From an uncultured Acidobacteriota bacterium (GTDB lineage: Bacteria; Acidobacteriota; Thermoanaerobaculia; Gp7-AA8): DNA of 64,000 bases. The position numbers and the translations under genes were made by a program. The stretch spans positions 416,001 through 480,000 of the forward strand of contig CAWGHO010000001.1 in NCBI GenBank assembly GCA_963822445.1. Direction: 5' to 3'. Every line of letters starts with the position of its first letter. Within the stretch, counting starts at the first letter, position 1. Positions 51,877 through 61,248 of this stretch are shown one piece after another. The notes beneath the pieces are model-generated. The model saw nothing but the letters and a program-made list of their open reading frames with translations, ran no database searches and had not been told where the DNA came from.

Positions 51877-51953
51877 GCGGTACGGCGCTTCGCGCCTCGC
51901 GGTAGGCGGTAGGCGGTGGCCTGAAACGGTCTCCCGCCTACCGCCTACTGACT
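51873..51953. repeat. Heptamer hairpin (GGCGGTA / TACCGCC)
   Basis: GCGGTAGGCGGTAGGCGG...CCGCCTACCGCCTACTG. Confidence 0.7.
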
Positions 51954-52006
51954 CTGTGTAACGTTTCCGCTCCCCTCGTCACTACTCCTGAAAACAGGAG
52001 GCATTC

Positions 52007-53266
52007 ATGGCTGGCAAGCGTGGACAGGGCGGCGGCGACATTCCTACCAACGACAACTACTCCGGCGGCGAGTACCGCAGCAGCGGTGACGTGCGCACCG
52101 GTTTGATCCAGCGTGCGAAAGGAACCATTCCGGTCCAGTACGCGGTCGTGGACGGATTGGCCATCTTCGAAGGCGACATCGTCCTCGGCACGGCGGCCGA
52201 AGTTCAGAATGAGACCGAAGTGCTGCGCAATCCGGAAGGGTTCGCGTCGGCGGTCGTGATCGTCGGCGCGCAGTTCCGCTGGCCGAACTGCATCGTCCCC
52301 TTCACCATCGACCCGGCGCTGCCGAATCAGGCCCGCGTCACCGACGCGATCGCGCATTGGGAAGCCACCACGAACTATCGCTTCCCCGCCAAGACCTCGG
52401 TACACACGGACTGGATCACTTTCCGTCCCGCGGGCGGCTGCTCCTCGCACGTCGGCCGTCAGGGCGGACAGCAGTTCATCAACCTCTCCAACGCCTGCTC
52501 CACCGGCAACACCATCCACGAGATCGGTCACGCCATCGGCCTGTGGCACGAGCAGAGCCGCCAGGACCGCGATCTCTTCGTCAACATCATCTGGGCGAAG
52601 ATCGACCCCGCCCTCGCGCATAACTTCAACCAGCACATCACCGATGGCGACGACGTCGGTCCGTACGACTACGGCTCGATCATGCATTACCCCCGCACGG
52701 CGTTCTCGATCGACGGCAGCGACACGATCGTGCCCATCAATCCCGCAGGCGCGATGATCGGCCAGCGCAACGCGCTCAGCCCCGGCGACATCGCCGCGGC
52801 GAACTCGCTCTGCACGCCGGTCGTGACCACGAAGAAGGAGCTCACGTCCGATCCGATCACCAAGAAGGAGCTGGTCAAGGACGTCCGCCTGGACACGAAG
52901 AAGGAAGTCATTCACGACACGCGGAAAGAGTTCATCAAGGACAAGTTCAAGGACGTCTCCTTCGATCCGATCAAGCGCGTCGGGCTCGACCCGCCTTTCA
53001 CCAAGCCGGGCGGCCGCGTCATCAATCCGGCGATCATTCGCCGGCCGGGCGAGGCCGTTCCGTTCGCCGTGGCCGCACCGCATCAGGCTCCGGGTGCCGA
53101 AAACGAGGAGACCATCAACGCCATCGGGCAGCTCGACGCGCAGTTGCAGCAGATCGCGGATGCGCTGAACGAGACCGAAATGCAGCGCGACTCGCTGCAG
53201 CAGCAATACGACGAGACGCTGGCTCTGCTCAATCAGCATCTCGACAGCGCCGATCCCCAGGGCTGA
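52007..53266 (+). CDS. Astacin (M12A) metalloprotease with C-terminal T[KR]KE-x3-D repeats and helical tail; candidate graspetide precursor fusion
   Basis: RBS AGGAGG; FEGDI propeptide, HEIGHAIGLWHEQSR.DRD, SIMHY Met-turn; no signal peptide. Confidence 0.88.
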   Translation: MAGKRGQGGGDIPTNDNYSGGEYRSSGDVRTGLIQRAKGTIPVQYAVVDGLAIFEGDIVLGTAAEVQNETEVLRNPEGFASAVVIVGAQFRWPNCIVPFTIDPALPNQARVTDAIAHWEATTNYRFPAKTSVHTDWITFRPAGGCSSHVGRQGGQQFINLSNACSTGNTIHEIGHAIGLWHEQSRQDRDLFVNIIWAKIDPALAHNFNQHITDGDDVGPYDYGSIMHYPRTAFSIDGSDTIVPINPAGAMIGQRNALSPGDIAAANSLCTPVVTTKKELTSDPITKKELVKDVRLDTKKEVIHDTRKEFIKDKFKDVSFDPIKRVGLDPPFTKPGGRVINPAIIRRPGEAVPFAVAAPHQAPGAENEETINAIGQLDAQLQQIADALNETEMQRDSLQQQYDETLALLNQHLDSADPQG

Positions 53267-53275
53267 GGGCTCGCG

Positions 53276-54217
53276 ATGATCGTCGTGATCTCCCATCCCG
53301 ATGACGTGCATGCCGGGCACGTGCTCGGCCTGCTCGAGCGCGACGGCAGCGAGGCGATGCTTCTCAACATCGCCGAGCTGCCCGAGCGCGCGACCATGAC
53401 CATCGACTACGGCCGCGGCGAAACGCCGCGGCTGTCGTACGGCAACAACGGGCATTCGATCGATCTGTCGAACGCGAAGTCCGTGTGGTGGCGGCGCCCG
53501 CAATCGCCCGACCTCGCCGCGGTCGGCAACGACGACGTGTACGCGTTCGCGCAGAACGAGTGGCAGGAAGCGCTGAACGGGATGTGGCAGCTCGTCGATG
53601 CGCCCTGGATGAATCCACCGGCGCGCGACGAGGTGGCATCGCGAAAGGCGTTGCAGTTGCGCGTCGCGAATGAAGTCGGTCTGCGCACCCCGCGGACGAT
53701 GATGACCTCCGATCCCGACGCCGCCCGCCGCTTCATCCAGGACGAAGGCCTCGGCAAAACGATCTTCAAGACCTTCTCCTGCACGCACAAGATCTGGCGG
53801 GAAACGCGGCTGGTGCGCGCGGAAGAGCTGGAGATCCTCGACCGCGTCCGCTACGCGCCGGTGATTTTTCAGGAGTACATCGAGGCCGAAGCCGATCTGC
53901 GGGTGACCGTGGTCGGCGACAGGATGTTCCCGGCGGCGATCCACTCACCGGGAACGGACTACGAGGTCGATTTCAGGATGTCGCTCGGCCAGGCTCGGAC
54001 CGAGGCTTGTGAGCTGCCGCCGGCGATCGAGCAGGCAGTCTTCGCCCTCATGAAGCGCCTCGGGCTGATTTACGGAGCGATCGACATCCGCCGCACGCCC
54101 GCGGGCGAGCATGTCTTCCTCGAAGTGAATACTGCGGGGGAGTTTCTCTTCGTCGAGGAGCGCACCGGCCAGCCGATCGGGAGGGCGGTGGCGGACTGGT
54201 TGGCTCGGCCGGCCTAA
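53276..54217 (+). CDS. ATP-grasp peptide ligase, graspetide synthetase (MvdC/MvdD-like)
   Basis: SVWWRRP, WMNP..A..K..QL..A..VGL..P.T, PVIFQEYI, DLRVTVVG, DFR, LGLIYGAID, FLEVN..GEF.F.E. Confidence 0.88.
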   Translation: MIVVISHPDDVHAGHVLGLLERDGSEAMLLNIAELPERATMTIDYGRGETPRLSYGNNGHSIDLSNAKSVWWRRPQSPDLAAVGNDDVYAFAQNEWQEALNGMWQLVDAPWMNPPARDEVASRKALQLRVANEVGLRTPRTMMTSDPDAARRFIQDEGLGKTIFKTFSCTHKIWRETRLVRAEELEILDRVRYAPVIFQEYIEAEADLRVTVVGDRMFPAAIHSPGTDYEVDFRMSLGQARTEACELPPAIEQAVFALMKRLGLIYGAIDIRRTPAGEHVFLEVNTAGEFLFVEERTGQPIGRAVADWLARPA

Positions 54218-54390
54218 TCGGCGGCTTCGTTTTCGGCGGGGGAAAAGACGTCGTCGTCCGGGATGATCTCGGGGCCGCCCGACTTCTCACCGGTCTTCTT
54301 CTGGGCGCGTTTTTCGGCCTTGGCCGCGGCACGCTCGCGCCGCTGCTGCTCTCTCTGTCGCTTGACGAAACTGGCTTGCGGTCTACCCAA
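54214..54390 (-). CDS. 58-aa small protein with basic N-half and acidic tail
   Basis: RBS GGAGGTG, TTG start; MGRPQASFVKRQREQQRRERAAAKAEKRAQKK..DDDVFSPAENEAAD; below the ORF-track cutoff. Confidence 0.7.
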   Translation of the reverse strand: MGRPQASFVKRQREQQRRERAAAKAEKRAQKKTGEKSGGPEIIPDDDVFSPAENEAAD

Positions 54391-54428
54391 CTCTCACCTC
54401 CGGAAACGTAACTGGATGATGCCACACA

Positions 54429-54463
54429 AAAACAGAAACGGGCAGGATCACTCCTGCCCGTTC
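54429..54463 (-). terminator. Rho-independent terminator after csp
   Basis: Minus strand GAACGGGCAGGA-GTGA-TCCTGCCCGTTT followed by CTGTTTTT. Confidence 0.8.
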
Positions 54464-54485
54464 CGGATGTAGGTCGACTTTTCAG

Positions 54486-54689
54486 TTAGACCGGGACGAC
54501 GTTCGCCGCCTGAAGGCCTTTCGGGCCCTGCACGACATCGAACTCGACCGCGGCGCCTTCAGCCAGCGACCGGAAGCCGCCGCCCTGAATGGCCGAGAAA
54601 TGGACGAACACGTCGTCACCCTTCTCGCTCGTGATGAAGCCAAAGCCCTTAGCGTCGTTGAACCACTTCACATTTCCAGATGTTCTCAT
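54486..54689 (-). CDS. Cold-shock protein, CspA family
   Basis: [24 protein letters not shown]. Confidence 0.97.
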   Translation of the reverse strand: MRTSGNVKWFNDAKGFGFITSEKGDDVFVHFSAIQGGGFRSLAEGAAVEFDVVQGPKGLQAANVVPV

Positions 54690-54800
54690 TGAATCTCCTT
54701 TCTGTGTTGCCTCAGGAGATCCGTGCGACGTTTCTCGAGCTGCATATCACTTGTGTAGACTCAACCTAACCGGTCACCAGTGCTTCTAATTCCGTCCGGG

Positions 54801-54971
54801 TCAGCTTGCGTTCGCTTTTGCCGACTTCTTCGGCGCCGGCGCCGCCGGAGCCGCTTCCTCGGCCTTGCCGCCCTTGATCTGGGCGAGTGCGGCGCGATCC
54901 TTGACGCGCTGGGCCGTCCGGCGCTTCCTGGTGATCGCGGAACGCGCCTTTTCTCCATTGATCTTCGACAT
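54801..54971 (-). CDS. 56-aa basic small protein
   Basis: RBS AGGAGG; MSKINGEKARSAITRKRRTAQRVKDR..; Lys/Ala/Pro tail. Confidence 0.7.
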   Translation of the reverse strand: MSKINGEKARSAITRKRRTAQRVKDRAALAQIKGGKAEEAAPAAPAPKKSAKANAS

Positions 54972-55035
54972 CGATGTTTCCTCCTGTGGACCGCAGTATC
55001 GCAGCCGGGATGTGTTCTTGCACTCAAAAGACCAG

Positions 55036-55395
55036 ATGGAAAGGCGTGTACTGGTCGTGGAGGACGAGGACAACATCCGCTCGATGATGCGGACATTCCT
55101 CACCCGGCGCGGATTTGCGGTCGAGACCGCTGTCGACGGCCAGGAAGGCATCGAGCAGCTGGCCGACGCGAATTTCGACGTCCTGGTCCTCGATCTGATG
55201 ATGCCCCGCGTCTCCGGTCTGGGCGTCCTTCAGTACCTCGACCGCGCCCATCCGGACATGATCAACCGCACCGTCATCGCCACGGCGTACACCGGCGCCC
55301 TGCCCGCCGATCAGCTCAAACGCGTCTGCCGCGTGATCCGCAAGCCGTTCCAACTGGAAGAGCTGCTCGACGCGATCGAGTCATGCGCCGCGTGA
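55036..55395 (+). CDS. Single-domain response regulator
   Basis: VVEDE, LDLMMP, KPF. Confidence 0.9.
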   Translation: MERRVLVVEDEDNIRSMMRTFLTRRGFAVETAVDGQEGIEQLADANFDVLVLDLMMPRVSGLGVLQYLDRAHPDMINRTVIATAYTGALPADQLKRVCRVIRKPFQLEELLDAIESCAA

Positions 55396-55399
55396 CACA

Positions 55400-57475
55400 G
55401 TGACCAGCTCCTCCCTCGATTTCAAACTGCTGTTCGAATCCGCGCCCGGCCTGTATCTCGTGCTCGACCCCACCCTTCGCATCGTGGCCGTGAGCGACGG
55501 ATACCTCGCCGCAACCATGACCCGGCGGGAGGACATCGTCGGCCGCAATCTCTTCGACGTCTTCCCCGACAATCCCGACGATCCCGACGCAACCGGCACA
55601 CGCAATCTGAGAGCGTCGCTGGAGACCGTTCTCCGCACCGGCGAGCCGCACACGATGGCCGTGCAGAAGTACGACATCCGCCGGCCCGCGTCCGAGGGGG
55701 GCGGGTTCGAGGAGCGGTTCTGGAGTCCGGTGAACTCGCCGGTGATTGCCGGCAATCAGCTCACCCACATCATTCATCGCGTCGAAGACGTGACCGGCTT
55801 CGTCCGCCTCGACCGGGAGACGAAGGAACGCGAGCGGGCAAATGACGAGCTGCGCTCGCGAGCCGAGACCGTGCGCGCGGAGCTGTACCTGCGCACGCAG
55901 GCTCTCGAAGAGGCGAATCTGCGCGGATTCGTGGCCACGTCCAGCCGGGAGCTCGGCCTCATTCCGCGGGCGAATCTGTACCTGCTGCTCATGCAGGCGC
56001 CGGCCGCGGTCTGCATCGTTCGCGGCGCCGATCACATCCTCGAGCTGGTCAATCCCGTCTTTCAAAGCCTGACCGGTGGTGAGGAGCTTCTCGGCCGCCC
56101 GGTCGGGGAAGCACTGCCCGATGCGATCCGCGAGCTCGTCGTCGAGCCTCTCGATCGCGTGCTGACGACCGGCGAGTCGTGCGTGCGCAACGAGGTCGAG
56201 CTGCGCGAGGGGGCCTTCTTCACGCTGATGTACCAGCCGTTGCTCGGCGTCGACGGACTCGTGGAAGGGGTGGTCTTCTTCGGATTCGACATCTCTGACG
56301 AGGTGAAGTCGCGGCGGAAAGTCGAAGAGCTCGCGCGCGAGCTGCGCGACGCAAACCGCGCCAAAGACGAGTTCATCGCCATCATTTCCCACGAGCTCCG
56401 CACGCCCATGACCTCGATCCTCGGATGGACGCGCATGCTCGGCCTGGGCGGACTCGATGAAGAAACGCACCGCACTGCCCTCGACGCGCTGGAGCGAAGC
56501 ACGCGTGCGCAGGCGAAGTTGATCGAAGACCTCCTCGACGAGTCGCGAATTGCCGCGGGAAAACTTCGGCTCGACCTTCGCGCCCTCGACCTCGTGACCG
56601 TCGTCCACGCCGCCGTGTCGATGGCCAAACCGTCGGCGGACGCAAAGGGCCTGGCGGTTTCCATCGAGCGCGATGGCGATCGCTACCCCGTCTTCGGCGA
56701 TCCGCTCCGCCTGCAACAGATGATCGGCAACCTCCTCGGCAACGCCATCAAGTTCACGCATGAGGGCGGCCATGTGACCGTGAGGCTGCGGCAGGAAAAC
56801 ACGCGCGGGTTCATCGAGGTCATCGATGACGGCCGCGGCGTTCCGCCCGCGCTTCTGCCGCACGTCTTCGACCGTTTCCGCCAGGGGGACGATCAGCTCA
56901 GTGATCGCCAGAGCGGCCTCGGACTGGGCCTGGCCATCACCCGCCATCTGGTGGAGATGCACGGCGGCGAGGTGACGGCTGCAAGCGACGGCGACGGGCG
57001 CGGCTCGACGTTCACGATCAGCCTGCCCCTGCATCAGACCACGATGACCTCCGCGCAACTGATCGGACGCGATTCCGGGCGCGTGCGCCAGATGCCGCAA
57101 CTCGCGGACGTCCGCGTTCTCCTCATCGAAGACGAGGTCGACAACCGCAACGTTCTGGCCACGGCGCTCAAGCAATGCGGCGCCGAAGTTCATTGCGCGG
57201 GAACGGCGGCGACGGCGCTCGATCTCATCGGGCGCTGGAAACCGGACGTCGTGATCTGCGACATCGCCCTCCCCGATCTCGACGGCTGCTCTCTGCTCGG
57301 CAAGCTGAGAGCCGTGCCGGAGCGGCGCGAGATTCCCGCGCTAGCCCTCACCGTCCTCGGCCGGCCGAACGAACAGGCGCGCATCACCGCGGCGGGCTTC
57401 CAGGTCTTTCGCCAGAAGCCGATCGACCCTGTCGATCTCGCGCATGAAGTGTCGCGCCTGGCGACGCTGCCTTAG
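55400..57475 (+). CDS. Hybrid sensor histidine kinase (PAS-PAS-HisKA-HATPase-REC)
   Basis: SHELRTPM, NLLGNAIKFT, DDGRG, GLGLGL, C-terminal REC. Confidence 0.93.
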   Translation: MTSSSLDFKLLFESAPGLYLVLDPTLRIVAVSDGYLAATMTRREDIVGRNLFDVFPDNPDDPDATGTRNLRASLETVLRTGEPHTMAVQKYDIRRPASEGGGFEERFWSPVNSPVIAGNQLTHIIHRVEDVTGFVRLDRETKERERANDELRSRAETVRAELYLRTQALEEANLRGFVATSSRELGLIPRANLYLLLMQAPAAVCIVRGADHILELVNPVFQSLTGGEELLGRPVGEALPDAIRELVVEPLDRVLTTGESCVRNEVELREGAFFTLMYQPLLGVDGLVEGVVFFGFDISDEVKSRRKVEELARELRDANRAKDEFIAIISHELRTPMTSILGWTRMLGLGGLDEETHRTALDALERSTRAQAKLIEDLLDESRIAAGKLRLDLRALDLVTVVHAAVSMAKPSADAKGLAVSIERDGDRYPVFGDPLRLQQMIGNLLGNAIKFTHEGGHVTVRLRQENTRGFIEVIDDGRGVPPALLPHVFDRFRQGDDQLSDRQSGLGLGLAITRHLVEMHGGEVTAASDGDGRGSTFTISLPLHQTTMTSAQLIGRDSGRVRQMPQLADVRVLLIEDEVDNRNVLATALKQCGAEVHCAGTAATALDLIGRWKPDVVICDIALPDLDGCSLLGKLRAVPERREIPALALTVLGRPNEQARITAAGFQVFRQKPIDPVDLAHEVSRLATLP

Positions 57476-57577
57476 CGTACGGCGGGCGTCCCGCCCGCAT
57501 CCCGCGGAGCGTCCCGCTCCGCGGTCGAAGCGACGGCCGGGACGGCCGCCGCGAGCGCGCGAGACGCGCGCCGTACG
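57476..57577. repeat. REP cluster (GCGGGCGTCCCGCCCGC type) between convergent genes
   Basis: Terminal CGTACGGCG / CGCCGTACG with four internal GC-rich hairpins. Confidence 0.8.
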
Positions 57578-57994
57578 TCAGTGCCCTTCGCTGACGATGC
57601 GTGACTTGCGCCGGTCGCGATGTCCTAGCTCGCACGAGGCCTTCACGTACGCCGCGAGTTGCACGATGTCGAACGGCTTGAAGATCACGGCGTTGACGAC
57701 GGTCGGATCGAGGTTCTGCAGGAGCGAGCGCTCCGTGGCCGTGATGACGATGACCGTGTTCGGCTTCCGCTCCGGATGCTCGGCGAGCCAGGAGATCACT
57801 TCCCAGCCCGTGACGGTGGGCATCATGAGGTCGAGGACCAGGACCAGCCATTCCTGCCGCTGAAGCAGCTCCAGGGCTTGCTGTCCGTCGCTGGCGGTGG
57901 CGAGCTTCAGCCTGCGTCGCCGGAACGCCGCCGCCAGCAGATTGCGGATGGACGGGTCGTCCTCGGTCACCAGAACCGAACAGTTCTCCGTCAC
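57578..57994 (-). CDS. Single-domain response regulator
   Basis: VTEDD, LDLMMP, KPF; tail DRRK. Confidence 0.88.
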   Translation of the reverse strand: MTENCSVLVTEDDPSIRNLLAAAFRRRRLKLATASDGQQALELLQRQEWLVLVLDLMMPTVTGWEVISWLAEHPERKPNTVIVITATERSLLQNLDPTVVNAVIFKPFDIVQLAAYVKASCELGHRDRRKSRIVSEGH

Positions 57995-58374
57995 GCCCGT
58001 ACCTCCTCGCGACTCAGGACACTGTCCACGATCGCGTCGAACTCCAGGAGATCGAATGGTTTGCGGAGAACCGCCGCGACCTTTACCGGCAACGCGCCGA
58101 CGGACGCGATCTGGCACGCCGTGACCACGATGATCCGGTCAAGCAGCTCGGCGCGCTCACGCCAGAGGAGATCGAGCACTTCGTAGCCGCTGACGTGAGG
58201 CGTGAGCAGGTCGAGAAGGATGAGGTCGTACGTCCTGCGCCGGATCCGATCGATGGCTTCCTTGCCGGTCGCTACGCTGTCGACAGCCAAGCCGTGTCGG
58301 CTCAGCAACTTATCGAGAAGACCGCGAATCGCGCAGTCGTCCTCGCAAATGAGCACCCGTTGGCCGTTGCCCAT
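57991..58374 (-). CDS. Single-domain response regulator
   Basis: ICEDD, LDLLTP, KPF. Confidence 0.88.
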   Translation of the reverse strand: MGNGQRVLICEDDCAIRGLLDKLLSRHGLAVDSVATGKEAIDRIRRRTYDLILLDLLTPHVSGYEVLDLLWRERAELLDRIIVVTACQIASVGALPVKVAAVLRKPFDLLEFDAIVDSVLSREEVRA

Positions 58375-58440
58375 GACTGCCTCTCCTTGTTAGCGCGGAG
58401 ATCGGCAACAGAACGGTTACTGCAAATAATTTCAAGGAAG

Positions 58441-58773
58441 TCACACGCGGCGCACTTCGACCTGCATCTGGCCGCCGCGGCAGGGATAGGACTGCATGGT
58501 GATGAAGTCGCCCGCGCTGACTTTGCCGTCGCCATCCACGTCGATGTGGACGTAAATCGTCGGCCGCGCGCCCTCCTGGTCAGGGACGTCCAGCTCGGCA
58601 ACCGCCACCGGCGCTCCCGTGGCAGTGCTCTGGACGGTTCCGGTCGTTTCGGCCATGACCGTGGACGGCGCGTCCTGCAGACCAGTCTCGAGGACGCGCA
58701 CGAGCACCGGAGATCCCGCCGGCGGAGGATCTCCGCCGGCGGTGACGATTTCCACTCGAACGCGCATGGTCAT
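58441..58773 (-). CDS. YbaY-like small beta protein
   Basis: V.V.ETGLQDAPSTV.AE, HIDVDGDG.VS.GD. Confidence 0.55.
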   Translation of the reverse strand: MTMRVRVEIVTAGGDPPPAGSPVLVRVLETGLQDAPSTVMAETTGTVQSTATGAPVAVAELDVPDQEGARPTIYVHIDVDGDGKVSAGDFITMQSYPCRGGQMQVEVRRV

Positions 58774-61094
58774 TTGACTGCGATCGCTCTCGCCTGCTTG
58801 ACGTCGGTGACGCCCTTGAACGCCTTCTCGATGCGCGTCCTGCAGAAGCGTGCGCATCCCCTGCTGCATGGCCAGGCTGCGCAGCTCGCTCGATGGTGGC
58901 CTTGTTCTGGATGGCTTTCTTCATCTCGTCGGTGCCGACCAGCAGCTCGTGCACGCCCATGCGGCCTTTGTAGCCGGTGTTGTTGCACTGCGGGCAGCCC
59001 TTCGGCTTGTACAGCATCAGTTCCGGCGAGTAGGTGATGCCGGTCGACGGCCAGTAGTCGTAGCCGTAGACCTCGATGATCTCCTCGAACTCCTCCGGGG
59101 TCGGGTTGTAGCCCTCCTTGCACTTCGTGCAGAGCACGCGGATCAGGCGCTGGGCCATGATGCCGAGGAGCGCGTCGGCGAAGTTGAACGGGTCGATGTC
59201 CATGTCCAGCAGACGGGTGATCGTCTCCGGCGCCGAGTTCGTGTGCAGCGTCGAGAACACGAGGTGGCCGGTGAGCGAGGCCTCGATGCCGATGGCCGCC
59301 GTCTCGTGATCGCGCATCTCGCCGACCATGATCACGTCCGGATCGGCGCGCAGGAACGAGCGCATGGCCGCGGCGAAGGTGAAGTCGATCTTCGGGTGCA
59401 CCTGCACCTGGCGCAGGCCGCGCTGCGTGATCTCGACCGGGTCCTCCGCGGTCCAGATCTTCATGTCCACGGTGTTGATGAAGCCGAGGGCCGAGTGCAG
59501 GGTCGTGGTCTTGCCGGAGCCGGTCGGGCCGACGACCAGGGCGATGCCGTACGGCTTCTGCAAGCAGCGTCTTGAAGCGCGGCGAGGTTGCGGTCGCTGA
59601 AGCCCATCTTCTCGAGGGGCAGCGGTTTCGATGCGGCGAGGATGCGCATGACCACGTCTTCGTTCTGATTCGCGGTCGGGATGGTGGCGACGCGCAGCTC
59701 GATGGTCCCCTTCGAATACTTGAAGCGGATCTTGCCGTCCTGCGGCTTGCGCTTCTCGGAGATGTCGAGCTTGGCCATGATCTTGAGGCGCTGGACCAGC
59801 GCGTTGCGGTGCGCGCCCGGGATCTCCATGAACTTCTGGCAGTCGCCGTCGATGCGCAGGCGGATGCCGCACGGATGGCGCGGCCCCGTCGGGCTCGATG
59901 TGGATGTCCGAGGCGCCGCGCGCGTACGCCTCGATGATCAGCTGGTTCGCGAGCTTGACGATGCCCGAGTCGGTCTCGTCGAGCTCCGGCTCGTCCGGCT
60001 TCGGGTTGTCGTCGAGCTCGACCTTCTCCCCTTCGCCCAGCGAGTCGAGGATCTTGGCCCAGTCCGCGCCGTCGGCGGTCGAGCCATCCTGCTGGATCTG
60101 CTCGCCGTACGACAACGGCGATGTAGGCCATGATGTCGTGCTTCATCGCCACCTGGAACTCGTAGCGCGGCGCAAGGTTCATGGCCCGGATGCCGTCGAT
60201 GCGGGTCAGGTCCTGGGGATCGTCGACGGCGATGACCATGCAGTCCCGGCTTGCGCTCGATCGGCGCGGCTCCGTGCTTCTTCCAGATGTCGGCGGTGAC
60301 CCGGTCCCGCAGGTCCTGCGGGGATGGTCTGGACGCCGTCGAAGTTGAACCAGGGCACGGAGTAGTACGTGGCCAGCGAGCGGCCGATCTCATCGCGGGG
60401 GATGTTGCATGTCGTCGATGAGGACCTTCTCGACGTTCACGTTGTTCACCCGGGCGTTGCTGACGGCTGTGTCGAGGTCTTTCTCGGAGAGGACGCCCTT
60501 GTCGATCAGGACGCCGAACCGCGACGGCTTCGTCTGGCGCGTGACGCGGTGCTGGTTGTAGAAGGCGATGCCCAGGATTCGCGCGATTTCTTCGACGCCG
60601 TCCTCATCCTGTTCGGTGAAGGCAGGGCCGCGGCGCTTGTTGATCATCTGCACCACGCCGAGGAGGTATTTCTCGAAGAGGATCGGCACGGCGAGAACGG
60701 TGCGGGTGCGGAAACCGGTCTGTTTGTCCCAGCGCTGGTCGAACCGGAGGTTGGGATGGAACTTCTGGAGCTCGGCCGCGTCGTACGCGTCCTTGATGTT
60801 GATGGTCTTGCGGGCCAGGGCGGTGAAGCCGGCGATGGAGGCGAAGGACTTCGGGACCCGGATCTCCTTCGGCATGTCGCCGACCTTCTGCAGCGAGTAC
60901 AGCTCCTGGTTCTTGGTGTCGATGGCGTAGATGGTCAATCGCTCGGCATCGAGGAGCTCGAGGATCTTGTCCTTCAGCGTCATCAGGATGTGAGGAATGG
61001 ACTCCGCGGAGTTGATCTGGTTCGCGATTCCGGTGAGCTTCTTCCTGAATTCGAGCTCTCGCTCCATCGAGGAAGGCGCGGCCTGAACGGTCAT
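58770..61094 (-). CDS. GAF-domain-fused GspE/PilB ATPase, broken by many frameshifts
   Basis: GAF (DAERLTIY, FDQRWDKQTGFRTR, INK), ASDIHIEP, GPTGSGKTT, AEDPVE, LRADPD.IMVGEMRD, STLHTN. Confidence 0.85.
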
Positions 61095-61198
61095 CTTTGA
61101 GGTCTCCTGACTGGCCGGTAAACGACGAAAAAGAATAGCACGCGGTCCTGCGCGTCCCTCCGCGACGGGAAGCGCGTCGTCTCGCCAAAATGACCCGA

Positions 61199-61214
61199 TG
61201 TGACCCAGGTCACA
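61199..61214. promoter_or_regulatory. Perfect CRP-family box
   Basis: TGTGA-CCCAGG-TCACA between the divergent GAF-PilB and REC-GGDEF-EAL genes. Confidence 0.7.
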
Positions 61215-61217
61215 CCG

Positions 61218-61233
61218 TGGCGTGGGACTTGCC
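61218..61233 (+). promoter_or_regulatory. Putative sigma54 -24/-12 promoter
   Basis: TGGCGT-GGGAC-TTGCC (GG-N10-GC). Confidence 0.5.
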
Positions 61234-61248
61234 CGTATCGGTTACTTC

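Noticed and set aside
49552-53944. Long antisense ORFs (722 aa, 668 aa and similar elsewhere)
   Set aside because: Shadows of real genes on the opposite strand in GC-rich DNA; no recognisable motifs.
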